Positions 1-9,113 of a DNA stretch of 64,000 bases are shown one piece after another. The stretch's first letter is position 1; each line of letters starts with the position of its first letter. The DNA lies in NCBI GenBank assembly GCA_030594205.1, contig JAUVFR010000001.1:156252-220251 (forward strand). Reading direction: 5' to 3'. The translations under genes and the position numbers were made by a program. Source of the DNA: Methanobacteriota archaeon. GTDB taxonomy: Archaea; Thermoplasmatota; Thermoplasmata; RBG-16-68-12; JAJISG01. Under the pieces are notes generated by a model, which had not been told where the DNA came from, did no database searches, and saw only the letters and a list, made by a program, of their open reading frames with translations.

Positions 1-421
1 CCTCGGATGCTCTCTTCGCCGCGAGGTCGAGGCCTCGCCGGTAGCCTTCGAGGATGGGTAGCGGGCGAAGTCCCGCATCGAGTATCTCCTCCGCCCGTCG
101 GAGCAGACGCAGCCCTAGAAGAACGGCGATCTTCGTCCCGTCCCGCCACTCGTTCTCTTGGGCCAGGGCGGCCGCGCGAAGGACGGTGGTCACAGGATGA
201 TCGCTCTCGAGTTTCTCGAGCATCCGGGCCCCATTGAACGTGGCCACGATCTTCCCCTTCTCGTCATCGAAGAGCTTGGCCCGGCCCCCGGGACCGTACG
301 TCGTGGTGAGGAACTCCTCGAGCGCTGTCGCCATACCCAGATTGTGACGCAGCAGGTCGAAGTCCGGGGGCTTGCCCCCGTCCGGCCGACTCCCCCCGGG
401 GCCCGCCTTCTGGCCATCCAT
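1..421 (-). CDS. Group II chaperonin (thermosome)-like paralog, N-terminal part only (continues past window start)
   Basis: Minus-strand frame from ATG at 421 reads MDGQKAGPGG...MATALEEFLTTTYGPGGRAKLFDDEKGKIVATFNGARMLEKLESDHPVTTVLRAAALAQENEWRDGTKIAVLLGLRLLRRAEEILDAGLRPLPILEGYRRGL. It aligns position-by-position with the N-terminus of the canonical thermosome in this window ([12 protein letters not shown]...[48 protein letters not shown]...HPT.I.QGYR). The frame is absent from the ORF track because it has no stop within the window. Confidence 0.55.
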   Translation of the reverse strand, partial: MDGQKAGPGGSRPDGGKPPDFDLLRHNLGMATALEEFLTTTYGPGGRAKLFDDEKGKIVATFNGARMLEKLESDHPVTTVLRAAALAQENEWRDGTKIAVLLGLRLLRRAEEILDAGLRPLPILEGYRRGLDLAAKRASE

Positions 422-655
422 TCGGTACACAACCTAGGCTTCCCCCCTTAAGCCCTTCTTCTCACGCTCCGTCTCGTCGAGGAGGAAATTGATTCCACGG
501 TCGCGACGGACAGCCCAGCGAAGGGACTCGTGAAAGGGGGATTCCTGTGCCCATCGCACGGGCAACGAAAACCAGAACGATCTGGAGCTGATTATCTGAC
601 CGAGGGTAGGGGCTCCGGAGGGGGCCCCTTGGGTTGGTGGGACCAGGTGTCTGGT

Positions 656-1030
656 CTACCGTTTTGGAGGGGGCAGACGGGTGCGAGGACGCACGTTCAG
701 ACGCCCCCGGAAACTCACGGGCCGGGCCCGTGGGGCCGGAACGACGCGAGCCGCAGGAGCCGTGTGTTCGGCGTAGTCTTCGCTCAGCCCCAGCTCGACG
801 GAGGCTGCGGGCGTGACCCTTTGGGTTCCAGGCCTTACGACACTTCCGGTGATTTTCGCCAGGAAAGCCCGAAGCCCCGGCCGGGGGGAGGGGGCGTGGT
901 TCGCCTCCGCGATGTACCGCTCCATCCCATTCGTGGATCCATATTCTCTTCGGAGGTAGTCCTCCAACGCGGCGAGGTGCCGGTTGTGACGGCGCTCCTC
1001 CATGACAGCCATTCCATATCGGTCTAGCAT
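656..1030 (-). CDS. Hypothetical protein (first ~45 aa protein-like, C-terminus low-complexity R/P-rich)
   Basis: ORF MLDRYGMAVMEERRHNRHLAALEDYLRREYGSTNGMERYIAEANH... Weak call. It overlaps other R/P/G-rich ORFs that look like GC artefacts. Confidence 0.2.
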   Translation of the reverse strand: MLDRYGMAVMEERRHNRHLAALEDYLRREYGSTNGMERYIAEANHAPSPRPGLRAFLAKITGSVVRPGTQRVTPAASVELGLSEDYAEHTAPAARVVPAPRARPVSFRGRLNVRPRTRLPPPKR

Positions 1031-1244
1031 TTCGTATCACCTTCCGGGGTCTAACGGAGGGTCCCCAAGCCTGGCTTGGCTAGGGCGGTCGTCAGGAGAC
1101 CTAGGGCTCCATCGACATCTTGCCGGGTCAATCGCCCGCTTTTCTTCCTGTATCCCATGTTTACACCACCCAAGTGTGTATTTGCCTGATACACATGGTA
1201 GTTATTAAAACTATCGTTTCACCAATGATAACCGTTATATAATG

Positions 1245-1252
1245 GTTAAATA
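1245..1252 (+). promoter_or_regulatory. Archaeal TATA-box-like element (ttatataa) 26 nt upstream of the ArsR-family gene start, implying a leaderless transcript
   Basis: AT-rich island (1140-1277) in otherwise GC-rich DNA. ttatataa lies at -33..-26 from ATG 1278. Confidence 0.4.
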
Positions 1253-1277
1253 GTCTATCTCTCTAGGTGAAACGGAT

Positions 1278-1892
1278 ATGAAAGCCTTTAAAGTGATCGA
1301 GAGTCCCGAGGCCTTCAAGCTGATGGCCGACAAGACACGCCGTCGGATCATTTTTCTCCTGCGGGCCAAGGAGATGACGGTGAGCCAGATTGCAGCGGAG
1401 CTGGGAATGACCCCGCAGGCCATCTACCATCACATTCGGAAGTTTAGGGACGCGGACCTGGTCGAGGTGGCTCGGGAGGAACGCATCGACCACTTCATCG
1501 AGACGTACTACCAGGCCACCGCCGAGGTCTTCGAGTTCCACCAAGGCAAGGGATCAGGCCGCGATTACACCAAGCAGCAGGTACGCGAGACGCTGGAGAG
1601 TCTCCCCAAGCTCGGCTTCGACGTGCGCCTGAACGACGAGGTGATTGATCGCCTCGTCAGCCTCCAGGTGGAGAAACGGGAGTTCGGGAAGTATGCCGAG
1701 TTCCACGAAAGGTCCGAGGAGATCGAAGACCTGAGCTTCTGGGCCCGGGGGATGGCCGCCGGGTTCGCGAACCTCCTCTCGATGACAGACGAGGAGTTTG
1801 AGACGCAGCAGAGGCTGTCCCGTGAGTTCCGGGACGCTCTCCGATCCACCCTCGTGGAAAAGACTCCGGCTAAGGTCAAGGCTCAGACCTAA
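1278..1892 (+). CDS. ArsR/SmtB-family winged-helix transcriptional regulator with C-terminal extension
   Basis: 204 aa. N-terminus ESPEAFKLMADKTRRRIIFLL..MTVSQIAAELGMTPQAIYHHIRKF is a classic ArsR HTH. Confidence 0.8.
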   Translation: MKAFKVIESPEAFKLMADKTRRRIIFLLRAKEMTVSQIAAELGMTPQAIYHHIRKFRDADLVEVAREERIDHFIETYYQATAEVFEFHQGKGSGRDYTKQQVRETLESLPKLGFDVRLNDEVIDRLVSLQVEKREFGKYAEFHERSEEIEDLSFWARGMAAGFANLLSMTDEEFETQQRLSREFRDALRSTLVEKTPAKVKAQT

Positions 1893-2524
1893 GTGGGCCC
1901 GTCCGGGTCCGACTCCGCGTGACGCAATCGGTACCGTACGATTGGGCGCGTGACCTTCCGGCGCAACACTTCATTGAATCCAGCTGCCTCAAAGGTGGGA
2001 AGGAAGCCAGTCCATGCCGAGGGGGCCGGGTAGTCCTTCCGATCTGTATCGAGGGGATATCCTTCTACGATCTGCGCGCCCTGTTCCTTCGCGTAGGCGA
2101 GGGCCGCTTCCAGAAGCTTCCCCGTGATGCCCTGACGGCGGAAGGCCCGCGCGACGTAGAAGCACACGATGGACAAGACAGGCTCTTCGTCCACCGGCTT
2201 GAGGAGGGGCGACCGATTCAGACGGGGAAATTCGTCTCGCGGGGCGATGGAGCACCACCCCACGGGCGTCCCCTCTTTGTAGAGAAGAATCCCGGGGACG
2301 CGATTCTCGTCTACGATGTCGCGCATGGTGGACTTGTTCTGGGCCCCTCGTTGCTTCTCGAACTCGGCAGCGGAGAGGCGCCACCACATACACCAGCAGC
2401 CTCCCCAAGCTCCGGATTTGCCGAAGAGGGTTTCCAGGTCCTCCCACAGTCCGGGTGTCAAGGGGCGGTATTCGAAGCCGTCTTCGAGGAGTCTCCCGGT
2501 TCTATCTTTCGAGCCGCTCTTCAT
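1889..2524 (-). CDS. GNAT-family N-acetyltransferase
   Basis: 211 aa. It has a CWCMWWR-type motif and an acetyl-CoA-binding segment (RRQGITGKLLEAALAYAKEQGA). Its end overlaps the convergent ArsR-family gene end by 4 nt. Confidence 0.8.
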   Translation of the reverse strand: MKSGSKDRTGRLLEDGFEYRPLTPGLWEDLETLFGKSGAWGGCWCMWWRLSAAEFEKQRGAQNKSTMRDIVDENRVPGILLYKEGTPVGWCSIAPRDEFPRLNRSPLLKPVDEEPVLSIVCFYVARAFRRQGITGKLLEAALAYAKEQGAQIVEGYPLDTDRKDYPAPSAWTGFLPTFEAAGFNEVLRRKVTRPIVRYRLRHAESDPDGPT

Positions 2525-2530
2525 ACGGAA

Positions 2531-3043
2531 TCAGCCTTCCCGTCTCCAGGTAGGAGCGCAGCGAATCGAGGGCCCAGCCCCATCCGTTCTAAGGTCCTCG
2601 AGCTCCTCTCGATTCTTCAGGCGGGAATGCTCGAGGCGGATCAGGGACCTCGCTTCATACTTGGGGTCAATCCAGATTTCGACCATGGTTCCGGGCGCGC
2701 GGCCTGGGTTCTCCCAGGTGTATTTGATCCGCCCAGGGGGGTCGAGGCGCAAGAACTTGCCTCGGTCTCCGTCCTTGTTTTCGTACCGCCCTCCGATTCG
2801 CACGTCCGCCCGCGCATCCTGAGCAAACCAGCGGGAGAGGTGGTCCGGCTCGGTGAGGGCGGCGTAGGCAGGCTCCGGGAAAGCTCGAATCGTCCGCTGC
2901 ACCGTGGCCACGAACTCATCCCCGCGCTGTCCGACTTCTCGCAGGCCCCGTACCCGCTCGAACTCTACGGTGACCTTCTGGGCCCACCACCCGCTCAAGT
3001 CGTATGCCTCCTCGAAGTGTTTGGCGGTGGGGGCATGGCCCAT
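2531..3043 (-). CDS. SRPBCC/AHSA1-like domain protein (start uncertain; ORF extends in frame to 3379)
   Basis: The segment FPEPAYAALTEPDHLSRWFA...VRIGGRYE...KFLRLDPPGRIKYTWE...TMVEIWIDPK...RLEHS resembles the Aha1/SRPBCC fold. The N-terminal part of the 282-aa ORF is low-complexity and overlaps the upstream regulator gene, so start was placed at internal Met (MGHAPT). Confidence 0.55.
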   Translation of the reverse strand: MGHAPTAKHFEEAYDLSGWWAQKVTVEFERVRGLREVGQRGDEFVATVQRTIRAFPEPAYAALTEPDHLSRWFAQDARADVRIGGRYENKDGDRGKFLRLDPPGRIKYTWENPGRAPGTMVEIWIDPKYEARSLIRLEHSRLKNREELEDLRTDGAGPSIRCAPTWRREG

Positions 3044-3203
3044 TTCCGTGGCCCCCCAGGCATCGAGGAGGGAGAACCACTCTTCCCAACCCCTCTCTGT
3101 TTCGGCCTTTGCCGATTCCTCTCCGATGCGGGATCGTTGACGACCCACGAACTCCCCGTCGGAGATGGGACACGGGCTATTAGCCGCTTGGCCCGCCCCT
3201 CGG

Positions 3204-3794
3204 CTAGCTGTCAGGGCCAGGAAGGGCCGATGCCCCTGCATCCATGTAAGCCCGAGTGACCTCATTGAGAATTCGGTGGGCGGCCGTGACCGCCTCGGGA
3301 AGACGGTTCGGGTCGACCAAGCGTCCGTCGACGGAAAGGAAGATGCCCTCGAAGCGGGCGTCGAGACGAATGCCCCCATCCTCGGTCGTCCAGGTCAAGG
3401 TCCGTCCTGCAGCATCTTCTGCGAACCCGTACCAACGCAGGGGGCCGAACCAGCGCTGCCGAAGGGCTTCGCTCGCGCGGCGACCTTCGCGCTCGCCGGG
3501 GAGAACCGTCCGGAGGACGGGGATGGGAGGGCTCTGAATGGGGTCACGGACCGCCTGCGCTAGAGAAACTCCCTGAGAACTCAGCCGATATCCCTCCTCC
3601 GTCCCACTCACGAGTCCTTCCTCTTGGAGGCGACGTAGGGCTCGTGTCAGGGACTCCTGGTGGATGTCGAGCAGCCGACGCAACCCCTGAAAGCTAACCT
3701 CGATCGCCGCCTCTCGTCCGAGGAGCGCGAGGATGTCTCGGTCGTGATCTGAGAGCGCCGGCCCACTGCCCGAAGGCAAGTAGAGGTCCGTCAC
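3204..3794 (-). CDS. Winged-helix transcriptional regulator, HTH N-terminal and unknown C-terminal domain
   Basis: 196 aa. HDRDILALLGREAAIEVSFQGLRRLLDIHQESLTRALRRLQEEGLV is a wHTH. Confidence 0.6.
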   Translation of the reverse strand: MTDLYLPSGSGPALSDHDRDILALLGREAAIEVSFQGLRRLLDIHQESLTRALRRLQEEGLVSGTEEGYRLSSQGVSLAQAVRDPIQSPPIPVLRTVLPGEREGRRASEALRQRWFGPLRWYGFAEDAAGRTLTWTTEDGGIRLDARFEGIFLSVDGRLVDPNRLPEAVTAAHRILNEVTRAYMDAGASALPGPDS

Positions 3795-3939
3795 CGTGTA
3801 AATTCAGGCCCCGGGCGGCCTTAAACCTTCTCGTCTCGGTCGCGGAGATGATTTCGGGCTTCCCAGAAGGAAGACCCGGACGCGTGACTGGCTACGGCCG
3901 ATGCTGGTCAACAAGGTCGGGCACGCCCTATAACACCGC

Positions 3940-4875
3940 ATGGTCAGCGAGCTGCAGGACGCCCTAACCGGGGCGGTCGAGAAGGCAGCGAAAAGCACCG
4001 TGAGCGTGAGTACGTCCGCCCGGCCGTATCGCGCGTCGGGTCGGTTCCCGCGGCAAGGGGCCGGTTCCGGCGTAGTAATGGACGCGAAGGGCCACGTTCT
4101 GACCAACTACCACGTCGTCAAGGGAGCGGAGAGGATTCTCGTCTCGCTGTCCGATGGCAGTATCGTCGGCGGCCGCGTTCTCGGAGGGGATGAAGAAACG
4201 GACATCGCTGTCGTCGAGGTCGATGAGGCAACGCTCCAGCCCGCGGAGTTCGGGGACTCGGATGCGCTGAAGGTAGGGCAACCGGTCCTGGCCATCGGGA
4301 ACCCACTGGGTCTCGCCGGCGGTCCGGCGGTGACGTCCGGAGTGGTGAGCTCCCTACGACGAAGCCTGCAGGTGGGCAACGGCAACGACCTGAAGATGAT
4401 TCAGACCGACGCGGCGGTCAACCCCGGAAACAGCGGGGGACCCCTTGTAAACCTCGAGGGCAAGGTCATCGCAGTCAACACGGCCAACATCCCCCACGCC
4501 GACGGGATCGGATTCGCCGTTCCGGCCAAGACGGCCCTCGCCACCGCAGAACAGATTATCGAGCACGGTCGGGTACAGCGACCGTGGGTGGGCATCGTCG
4601 GGTACGACGTGAACCGCCGGGTCGCGCGACACTACGGCCTGAAGGCATCCCGGGGCGTCCTCGTGGCAGAAATCACCGCCGGGGGGCCCGCCGAGTCCGG
4701 AGGTCTCCGAGTCGGAGACGTCATTCTCTCTCTGGCGGGGGAATCCCTCGACAACGTGGGCGACCTGGTGGATGTGCTACGAACACGAGACATCGGAGAA
4801 AAGATCGATATGGAGGTGGACCGAAGTGGTCAGTCTCTTCGCATCGAGGCAACCCTCGGCACCCGACCCTTTTGA
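3940..4875 (+). CDS. HtrA/DegP-family trypsin-like serine protease with C-terminal PDZ domain
   Basis: 311 aa. Catalytic-triad context: HVLTNYHVV, DIAVVEV and GNSGGPL. PDZ-like C-terminus: GVLVAEITAGGPAESGGLRVGDVILSLAG. Confidence 0.85.
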   Translation: MVSELQDALTGAVEKAAKSTVSVSTSARPYRASGRFPRQGAGSGVVMDAKGHVLTNYHVVKGAERILVSLSDGSIVGGRVLGGDEETDIAVVEVDEATLQPAEFGDSDALKVGQPVLAIGNPLGLAGGPAVTSGVVSSLRRSLQVGNGNDLKMIQTDAAVNPGNSGGPLVNLEGKVIAVNTANIPHADGIGFAVPAKTALATAEQIIEHGRVQRPWVGIVGYDVNRRVARHYGLKASRGVLVAEITAGGPAESGGLRVGDVILSLAGESLDNVGDLVDVLRTRDIGEKIDMEVDRSGQSLRIEATLGTRPF

Positions 4876-4981
4876 GCCGGATCCTTGGAATCCCTTTGAT
4901 CCGGCAACCCCTAACCCTCCCCCGGGTCCGCCGGGGGCCTCTGGGGATGCGTTATCGCCTTGGGTAGGGTATAAGCAATAG

Positions 4982-5614
4982 CACGGTCTCGCAGAACCGG
5001 AAATCCTGGGCCTGCCCCCTGGAGGTCTTCGTCTGGAGTTCTTCGATTCGGCATATGAGGGAACACCTCCATGGGACATCGGGAGGGCCCAACCCGAGTT
5101 CGTGCGCCTGGAACAGGCAGGCCGAATCGGGGTCCCGGTCTTGGACGTTGGGTGCGGGACAGGGGAGAACGCGCTGTACCTGGCACAGCAAGGACATGAG
5201 GCATGGGGCGTGGACGCCTCGTCTCGCGCCATCAGGAAAGCCAAGGCAAAGTCCAAGGGTCGAGGAATCCCCGTCACCTTTCGTGTGGCAGATGCGCTGA
5301 ATCTGGGTCGGCTCGGGCGGACCTTTGAGACGGTGATTGACTCCGGCCTGTTTCACACCTTCTCGGATCCGGAACGAGTTCGCTTCGTCGACAGCGTAGG
5401 GGGCGTCCTCCATCGAGGCGGGTCCTACTTCATGCTGGCCTTCTGCGACCAAGAGCCAGCGGATTGGGGCGGGCCTCGCCGTGTCACCCAAGAGGAGATT
5501 CGGGCCACGTTTCGGGAAGGTTGGACCGTGGAATCCGTCCAGCCGGCGAAATTTGCGAGCAAAATCCATCGCGACGGAGGTCTTGCATGGCTCTCCACCG
5601 TCACACGCCTCTGA
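4982..5614 (+). CDS. Class I SAM-dependent methyltransferase (start codon uncertain; the ORF-track start GTG 5102 is internal to the conserved N-terminal region)
   Basis: VLDVGCGTGENALYLAQQG is a GxGxG SAM motif. Upstream and in frame back to stop 4979-4981 is ...FDSAYEGTPPWDIGRAQPEFVRLEQ, a conserved methyltransferase N-terminal signature with no ATG/GTG/TTG in it. Confidence 0.7.
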   Translation, partial: HGLAEPEILGLPPGGLRLEFFDSAYEGTPPWDIGRAQPEFVRLEQAGRIGVPVLDVGCGTGENALYLAQQGHEAWGVDASSRAIRKAKAKSKGRGIPVTFRVADALNLGRLGRTFETVIDSGLFHTFSDPERVRFVDSVGGVLHRGGSYFMLAFCDQEPADWGGPRRVTQEEIRATFREGWTVESVQPAKFASKIHRDGGLAWLSTVTRL

Positions 5615-5669
5615 GGTTCCCCGGCAACGCTTATAGGTCCCCTATCTTTCGCGCCATTCGGGGAGAATA

Positions 5670-5954
5670 TTGGCAACCTACATTCGATTGGTTCGTTTGA
5701 CCGAACAGGGAAGAAAGGACATGACGGAGACCCCGGGGCGTTTGGCGGACGAGGCCGGCCGGATCTTGGAGGAGTACGGGGGGCGCCGGGTCTCTACATG
5801 GGCAACCCTGGGACGGTACGATTTTATCGTCGTCGTGGAGGCGCCCGATGACAAGGCGATGATGCAAATCAGTGCAAAAATCGGTGCGGGGGTGGGGGCC
5901 GATGTGGAGACCCTCCCGGCCGTTCCGTCGGACGAATTCATGGCCGGGCTCTGA
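5670..5954 (+). CDS. GYD-domain protein
   Basis: 94 aa. RYDFIVVVEAPDDKAMMQISAKIGA matches the GYD family signature. Confidence 0.7.
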   Translation: MATYIRLVRLTEQGRKDMTETPGRLADEAGRILEEYGGRRVSTWATLGRYDFIVVVEAPDDKAMMQISAKIGAGVGADVETLPAVPSDEFMAGL

Positions 5955-6068
5955 CCCGGCAGACTCAAATGCGAAACGATCGGCCAAGGGCCGAGGCATC
6001 TTCGCCTGCCTTGGTCAATCCTTAATGGGCTTCGCCCACGATTCGGATGCTCCCAGGAGGGAGGTAGC

Positions 6069-6926
6069 GTGGTACTCGATCTCCTCATGAGCGACCTCCT
6101 GGCCCTTTGGTGGCTCTTCCCGGTGGCCATCCTCATTGCGGGCGTGGCCATGACCTTCGGGATCGGCGGGGCCATCTTCTTCTCCCCCTTTTTTGTGATT
6201 TTCCTGTCCCTGAAGCCAGAAGTGGCCATCGCCCTGGCCATCCTCGTCGACGTCTTTGCCTTCGCGAGCGGCCTGGCCGGGTACGTGCGGAGCCGGCTGG
6301 TCAACTACCACGTGGCGACCCGGTTGCTGCCCTTCGTTGCCGTCTTCGCCCTCGTCGGGGCCCTCGTGGGGAAAGCCCTTCCTTCCCACGTACTGGAGCT
6401 GACTTTGGCAGTCGCGCTCTTCCTTCTCGCCGTCGCCTTCCTGGGCCGCGAACGAAGCGTCCACTTCGTGGACCACCCCCTCCATCCGACCCGGACCGAG
6501 TCCGAGCGGGCTTCTTGGGCGGACTGGTGGCAAGACATTGAGAATAAACCCCTCCTCTTCGCGACGAGCTCGATTGGCGGATTGTTTGTGGGGTTGGTCT
6601 CGGCGGGCATTGGCGAGGTGAATGCCTACAACTTCGTCCGCTGGTTGAAGATGGACCCCGCCTTTGCCGCGGGCACGTCGGTCTTCATCATCGCGTTTGC
6701 CAGCCTCGTGACGACCCTGTTCAACCTGTCCTTTTTTGCAGTGGCGGACCCGCAGGACCTCTTGGTCATGACGCAGATTGCCATTTGGGCCGTCCCCGGC
6801 GTGGTTCTGGGGGCGCAGCTCGGGGTGCGTACTTCAAAGCGGATCGACCGGCGGAAGGCACTTCTTGCGCTTCCCGTTCTCTTCGCGGCCGTGGGGATTC
6901 TCACCGTTGTCAACGCGCTCTTCTGA
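6069..6926 (+). CDS. TauE/SafE (DUF81) family anion exporter, polytopic membrane protein
   Basis: 285 aa, two homologous halves of 3-4 TM helices each. G-rich motifs GIGGAIFFSPF and GIGEVNAYNFV. Confidence 0.8.
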   Translation: MVLDLLMSDLLALWWLFPVAILIAGVAMTFGIGGAIFFSPFFVIFLSLKPEVAIALAILVDVFAFASGLAGYVRSRLVNYHVATRLLPFVAVFALVGALVGKALPSHVLELTLAVALFLLAVAFLGRERSVHFVDHPLHPTRTESERASWADWWQDIENKPLLFATSSIGGLFVGLVSAGIGEVNAYNFVRWLKMDPAFAAGTSVFIIAFASLVTTLFNLSFFAVADPQDLLVMTQIAIWAVPGVVLGAQLGVRTSKRIDRRKALLALPVLFAAVGILTVVNALF

Positions 6927-7074
6927 CGAACCGACGGCGAGGAGCCGGCGAGGGGGAGAAAACACACAAGGCTTATGCGAGACTCTAACACGCGGGGGAA
7001 AACCGCCTGCCTCGAAGGGTCCCAGCGGGGATTTATCGTAGGGGCGGCGGTTCGATTCTACAGGACTGAGAACC

Positions 7075-7688
7075 ATGGGCAAGCTTGAGCTAGAGAAGGG
7101 GAGCACGGCCGTCCTGATTACCGACCCGCAGAACGACTTCTTGTCGGAGGGCGGTTAGCCTGGGACGACCTCGGCGAACGTGTCAAAGAGACGAAGGTCG
7201 TGGAACACCTGCTTCAGATTCGGGATGCCGCGGAGGCCGCAGGAATCCCGGTATTCTACTCCCCGCATTACTACTCAGACGAGGAGTTTGAGCGCTGGCG
7301 GCATCTCAATTCCATCGACAGGATGATGTTCGAGAGCAAGATGTTCCGGGTGGGCTCCTGGGGAGCCGAATTCCATCCCGACCTAGAATCGGACGAGAAC
7401 ACGATTGTCCTTCACTCGCATAAGGGAGCGTCCAACTTCTGGACAGGGGATACGGCCCTGCTGCTCCGGCAGCGGGGCATCCAAAAGATCGTCCTCGCCG
7501 GTATGTCCGCGAACATCTGCACGGAGTCCCACCTTCGTGATGCCGTGGAGAACGGGTTCGACGTCATCGTGGTGAAGGACGCCACGACGGGGTTAACTCC
7601 GGAAGCGACCCAGGCGGCCTACACGAACTACGGCTTCTTCGCGGAGGAGGTCGTCACCACCGACGAAATCCTCGATCGGTTGAAGTAG
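7075..7688 (+). pseudogene. Isochorismatase/cysteine-hydrolase family gene interrupted by a frameshift near 7150-7158
   Basis: Frame 1 from ATG 7075 reads MGKLELEKGSTAVLITDPQNDFLSEGG then stops at TAG 7156-7158. This is the family N-terminus and carries the catalytic Asp. The remainder (LAWDDLGERVKETKVVEHLLQIRDAAEAAGIPVFYSPH...CTESHLRDAVENGFDVIVVKDA) continues in another frame to 7688. Confidence 0.6.
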
Positions 7689-7769
7689 GCCGCGGCTCCA
7701 CGTGCTACGCGGAGGACAGGCGTCAGGGGAGGGGTCGCTGGCTCGTAGAGCCGGGCCTTGGTGAGGATT

Positions 7770-8120
7770 CTAGGCAGGAATCGCGCCAGGGAGGGCCGTC
7801 GCATATCGCCCTCCCAGCCGTCCGCGCTCCGTCAGGAACGCCATGAAGCGGAACGGAGCTCGCCAGAGGACTCGGACGAGACCACGGAGGGAGAGATCGC
7901 GGAGGACGAGCTCCACCTGAGAGGGGGAGTATCCCTCCGTGCTCTCCAGAAGTTCGTCCTGGGAGAGGATGCCGGCTCCGTCCCGGTTGAGGGCTTCCAG
8001 GATGCGGCGATGGAGCGGGGTGGCGGACCCGTTGCGAAGGGGCGTCCGACTCAGGTCCACGACCTTGATCCCACCACTTCTGGGTGTGCGTGTGCCCAGG
8101 ACCTCTTGCTCGGGGTTCAT
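7770..8120 (-). CDS. Small winged-helix DNA-binding protein (hypothetical)
   Basis: 116 aa. HRRILEALNRDGAGILSQDELLESTEGYSPSQVELVLRDLSLRGLVRV is wHTH-like. Confidence 0.4.
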   Translation of the reverse strand: MNPEQEVLGTRTPRSGGIKVVDLSRTPLRNGSATPLHRRILEALNRDGAGILSQDELLESTEGYSPSQVELVLRDLSLRGLVRVLWRAPFRFMAFLTERGRLGGRYATALPGAIPA

Positions 8121-8258
8121 GAGTCTGAATGCCCTCGGGGGCTACTTGAACCCGAAAGAAAGATTCTTCCTGAAGACAGGAGTCGCCTCGAGGTCGCACG
8201 GGCAGCTTCATAGGCGACCGGCCTCGCTTGAGTCGAGAGAGCGGGAGACCATCCTACA

Positions 8259-8651
8259 ATGGTCCGCGGATCGTCCCACTTGGTTGCGGCTTGGAAGCTT
8301 CTGCGCTTCGATCCGGGTACGGGCTCCCTCGTGCCCCCTCTTCAGGGGACCGAACTCACGGCCGTGTTTCAAGACGATGGGAGGCTGGTCGGGTCGGCTG
8401 AATGCAACAGCTACGCCACGACCTACGAGGCGTCCAGTTCGTCATTGACAGTCAACTCTCTGGTCGCCGCGACTCGGATGTGGTGCGCAGATTCCGAAGG
8501 AGCGATGGCGCAGGAGGATGCCTTCCTTCAGGCCTGGGGCCGGGTTACCGCGTACGGCATTCACGAGAACCGTCTCGAGCTCGCGTATGCGAAAGGGATT
8601 ACCGTCCTCGACTTCATCCTTGCCGAAACCCCGGAACGGAACGCGGAGTGA
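8259..8651 (+). CDS. META/HslJ-like (DUF306) domain protein
   Basis: 130 aa. GRLVGSAECNSYATTYEA....ATRMWCADSEGAMAQEDAFLQAW...LELAYAKGITVLDF has the META-domain spacing. Confidence 0.55.
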   Translation: MVRGSSHLVAAWKLLRFDPGTGSLVPPLQGTELTAVFQDDGRLVGSAECNSYATTYEASSSSLTVNSLVAATRMWCADSEGAMAQEDAFLQAWGRVTAYGIHENRLELAYAKGITVLDFILAETPERNAE

Positions 8652-8717
8652 GCCCGTGCGGCTTTGAGAGACTCATATAGGACCAGGCACCTTCGAAGTC
8701 CGGCCGAGAGGCTTGGC

Positions 8718-9104
8718 ATGAAGCGCGTGACAGGCATTGGTGGAGTCTTCTTCGAGGCACGGGCTCCCGACGAGCTGAAGGCGTGGTACGTAAGCCACCT
8801 GGGCCTTCCGTCGCGCCCCGATGGCGACGTGATGTTCGAGTGGCGCGAAGGGGAGGGGCCCGACCGACAGGGCGAAACGGTCTGGAGCCCCTTTCCCCGA
8901 GATACGGACTACTTCGAGCCCAGCCAGTCGCCGTTCATGATTAACTGCCGAGTGGCCGATCTCGACGGCCTCCCCACGCAGCTTCGGCGCAAGGGCGTGG
9001 AGGGTGAGGAGTGGATCGAGGAGTACCCGTATAGCCGCTTCGCCTGGATCATGGATTCCGAAGGCAACCGGGTGGAGCTGTGGGAGCCCCCGGAGAAGTA
9101 CTGA
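8718..9104 (+). CDS. VOC (glyoxalase/bleomycin-resistance/dioxygenase) family protein
   Basis: MKRVTGIGGVFFEARAPDELKAWYVSHLG...FAWIMDSEGNRVELWEP. It is paralogous to the N-terminal domain of the 12350..13174 gene. Confidence 0.8.
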   Translation: MKRVTGIGGVFFEARAPDELKAWYVSHLGLPSRPDGDVMFEWREGEGPDRQGETVWSPFPRDTDYFEPSQSPFMINCRVADLDGLPTQLRRKGVEGEEWIEEYPYSRFAWIMDSEGNRVELWEPPEKY

Positions 9105-9113
9105 GGGAGCCGG

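Noticed and set aside
462-1040. 192-aa minus ORF and 165-aa plus ORF (530..1027)
   Set aside because: Both are extremely R/P/G-rich with no domain signatures and overlap each other. Only the 656..1030 frame has a short protein-like start and was listed at low confidence.
7040-7075. ggcggcggttcgattc resembling a tRNA T-arm
   Set aside because: No acceptor, D or anticodon arms can be built around it. It lies in the 5' leader of the isochorismatase-family gene.
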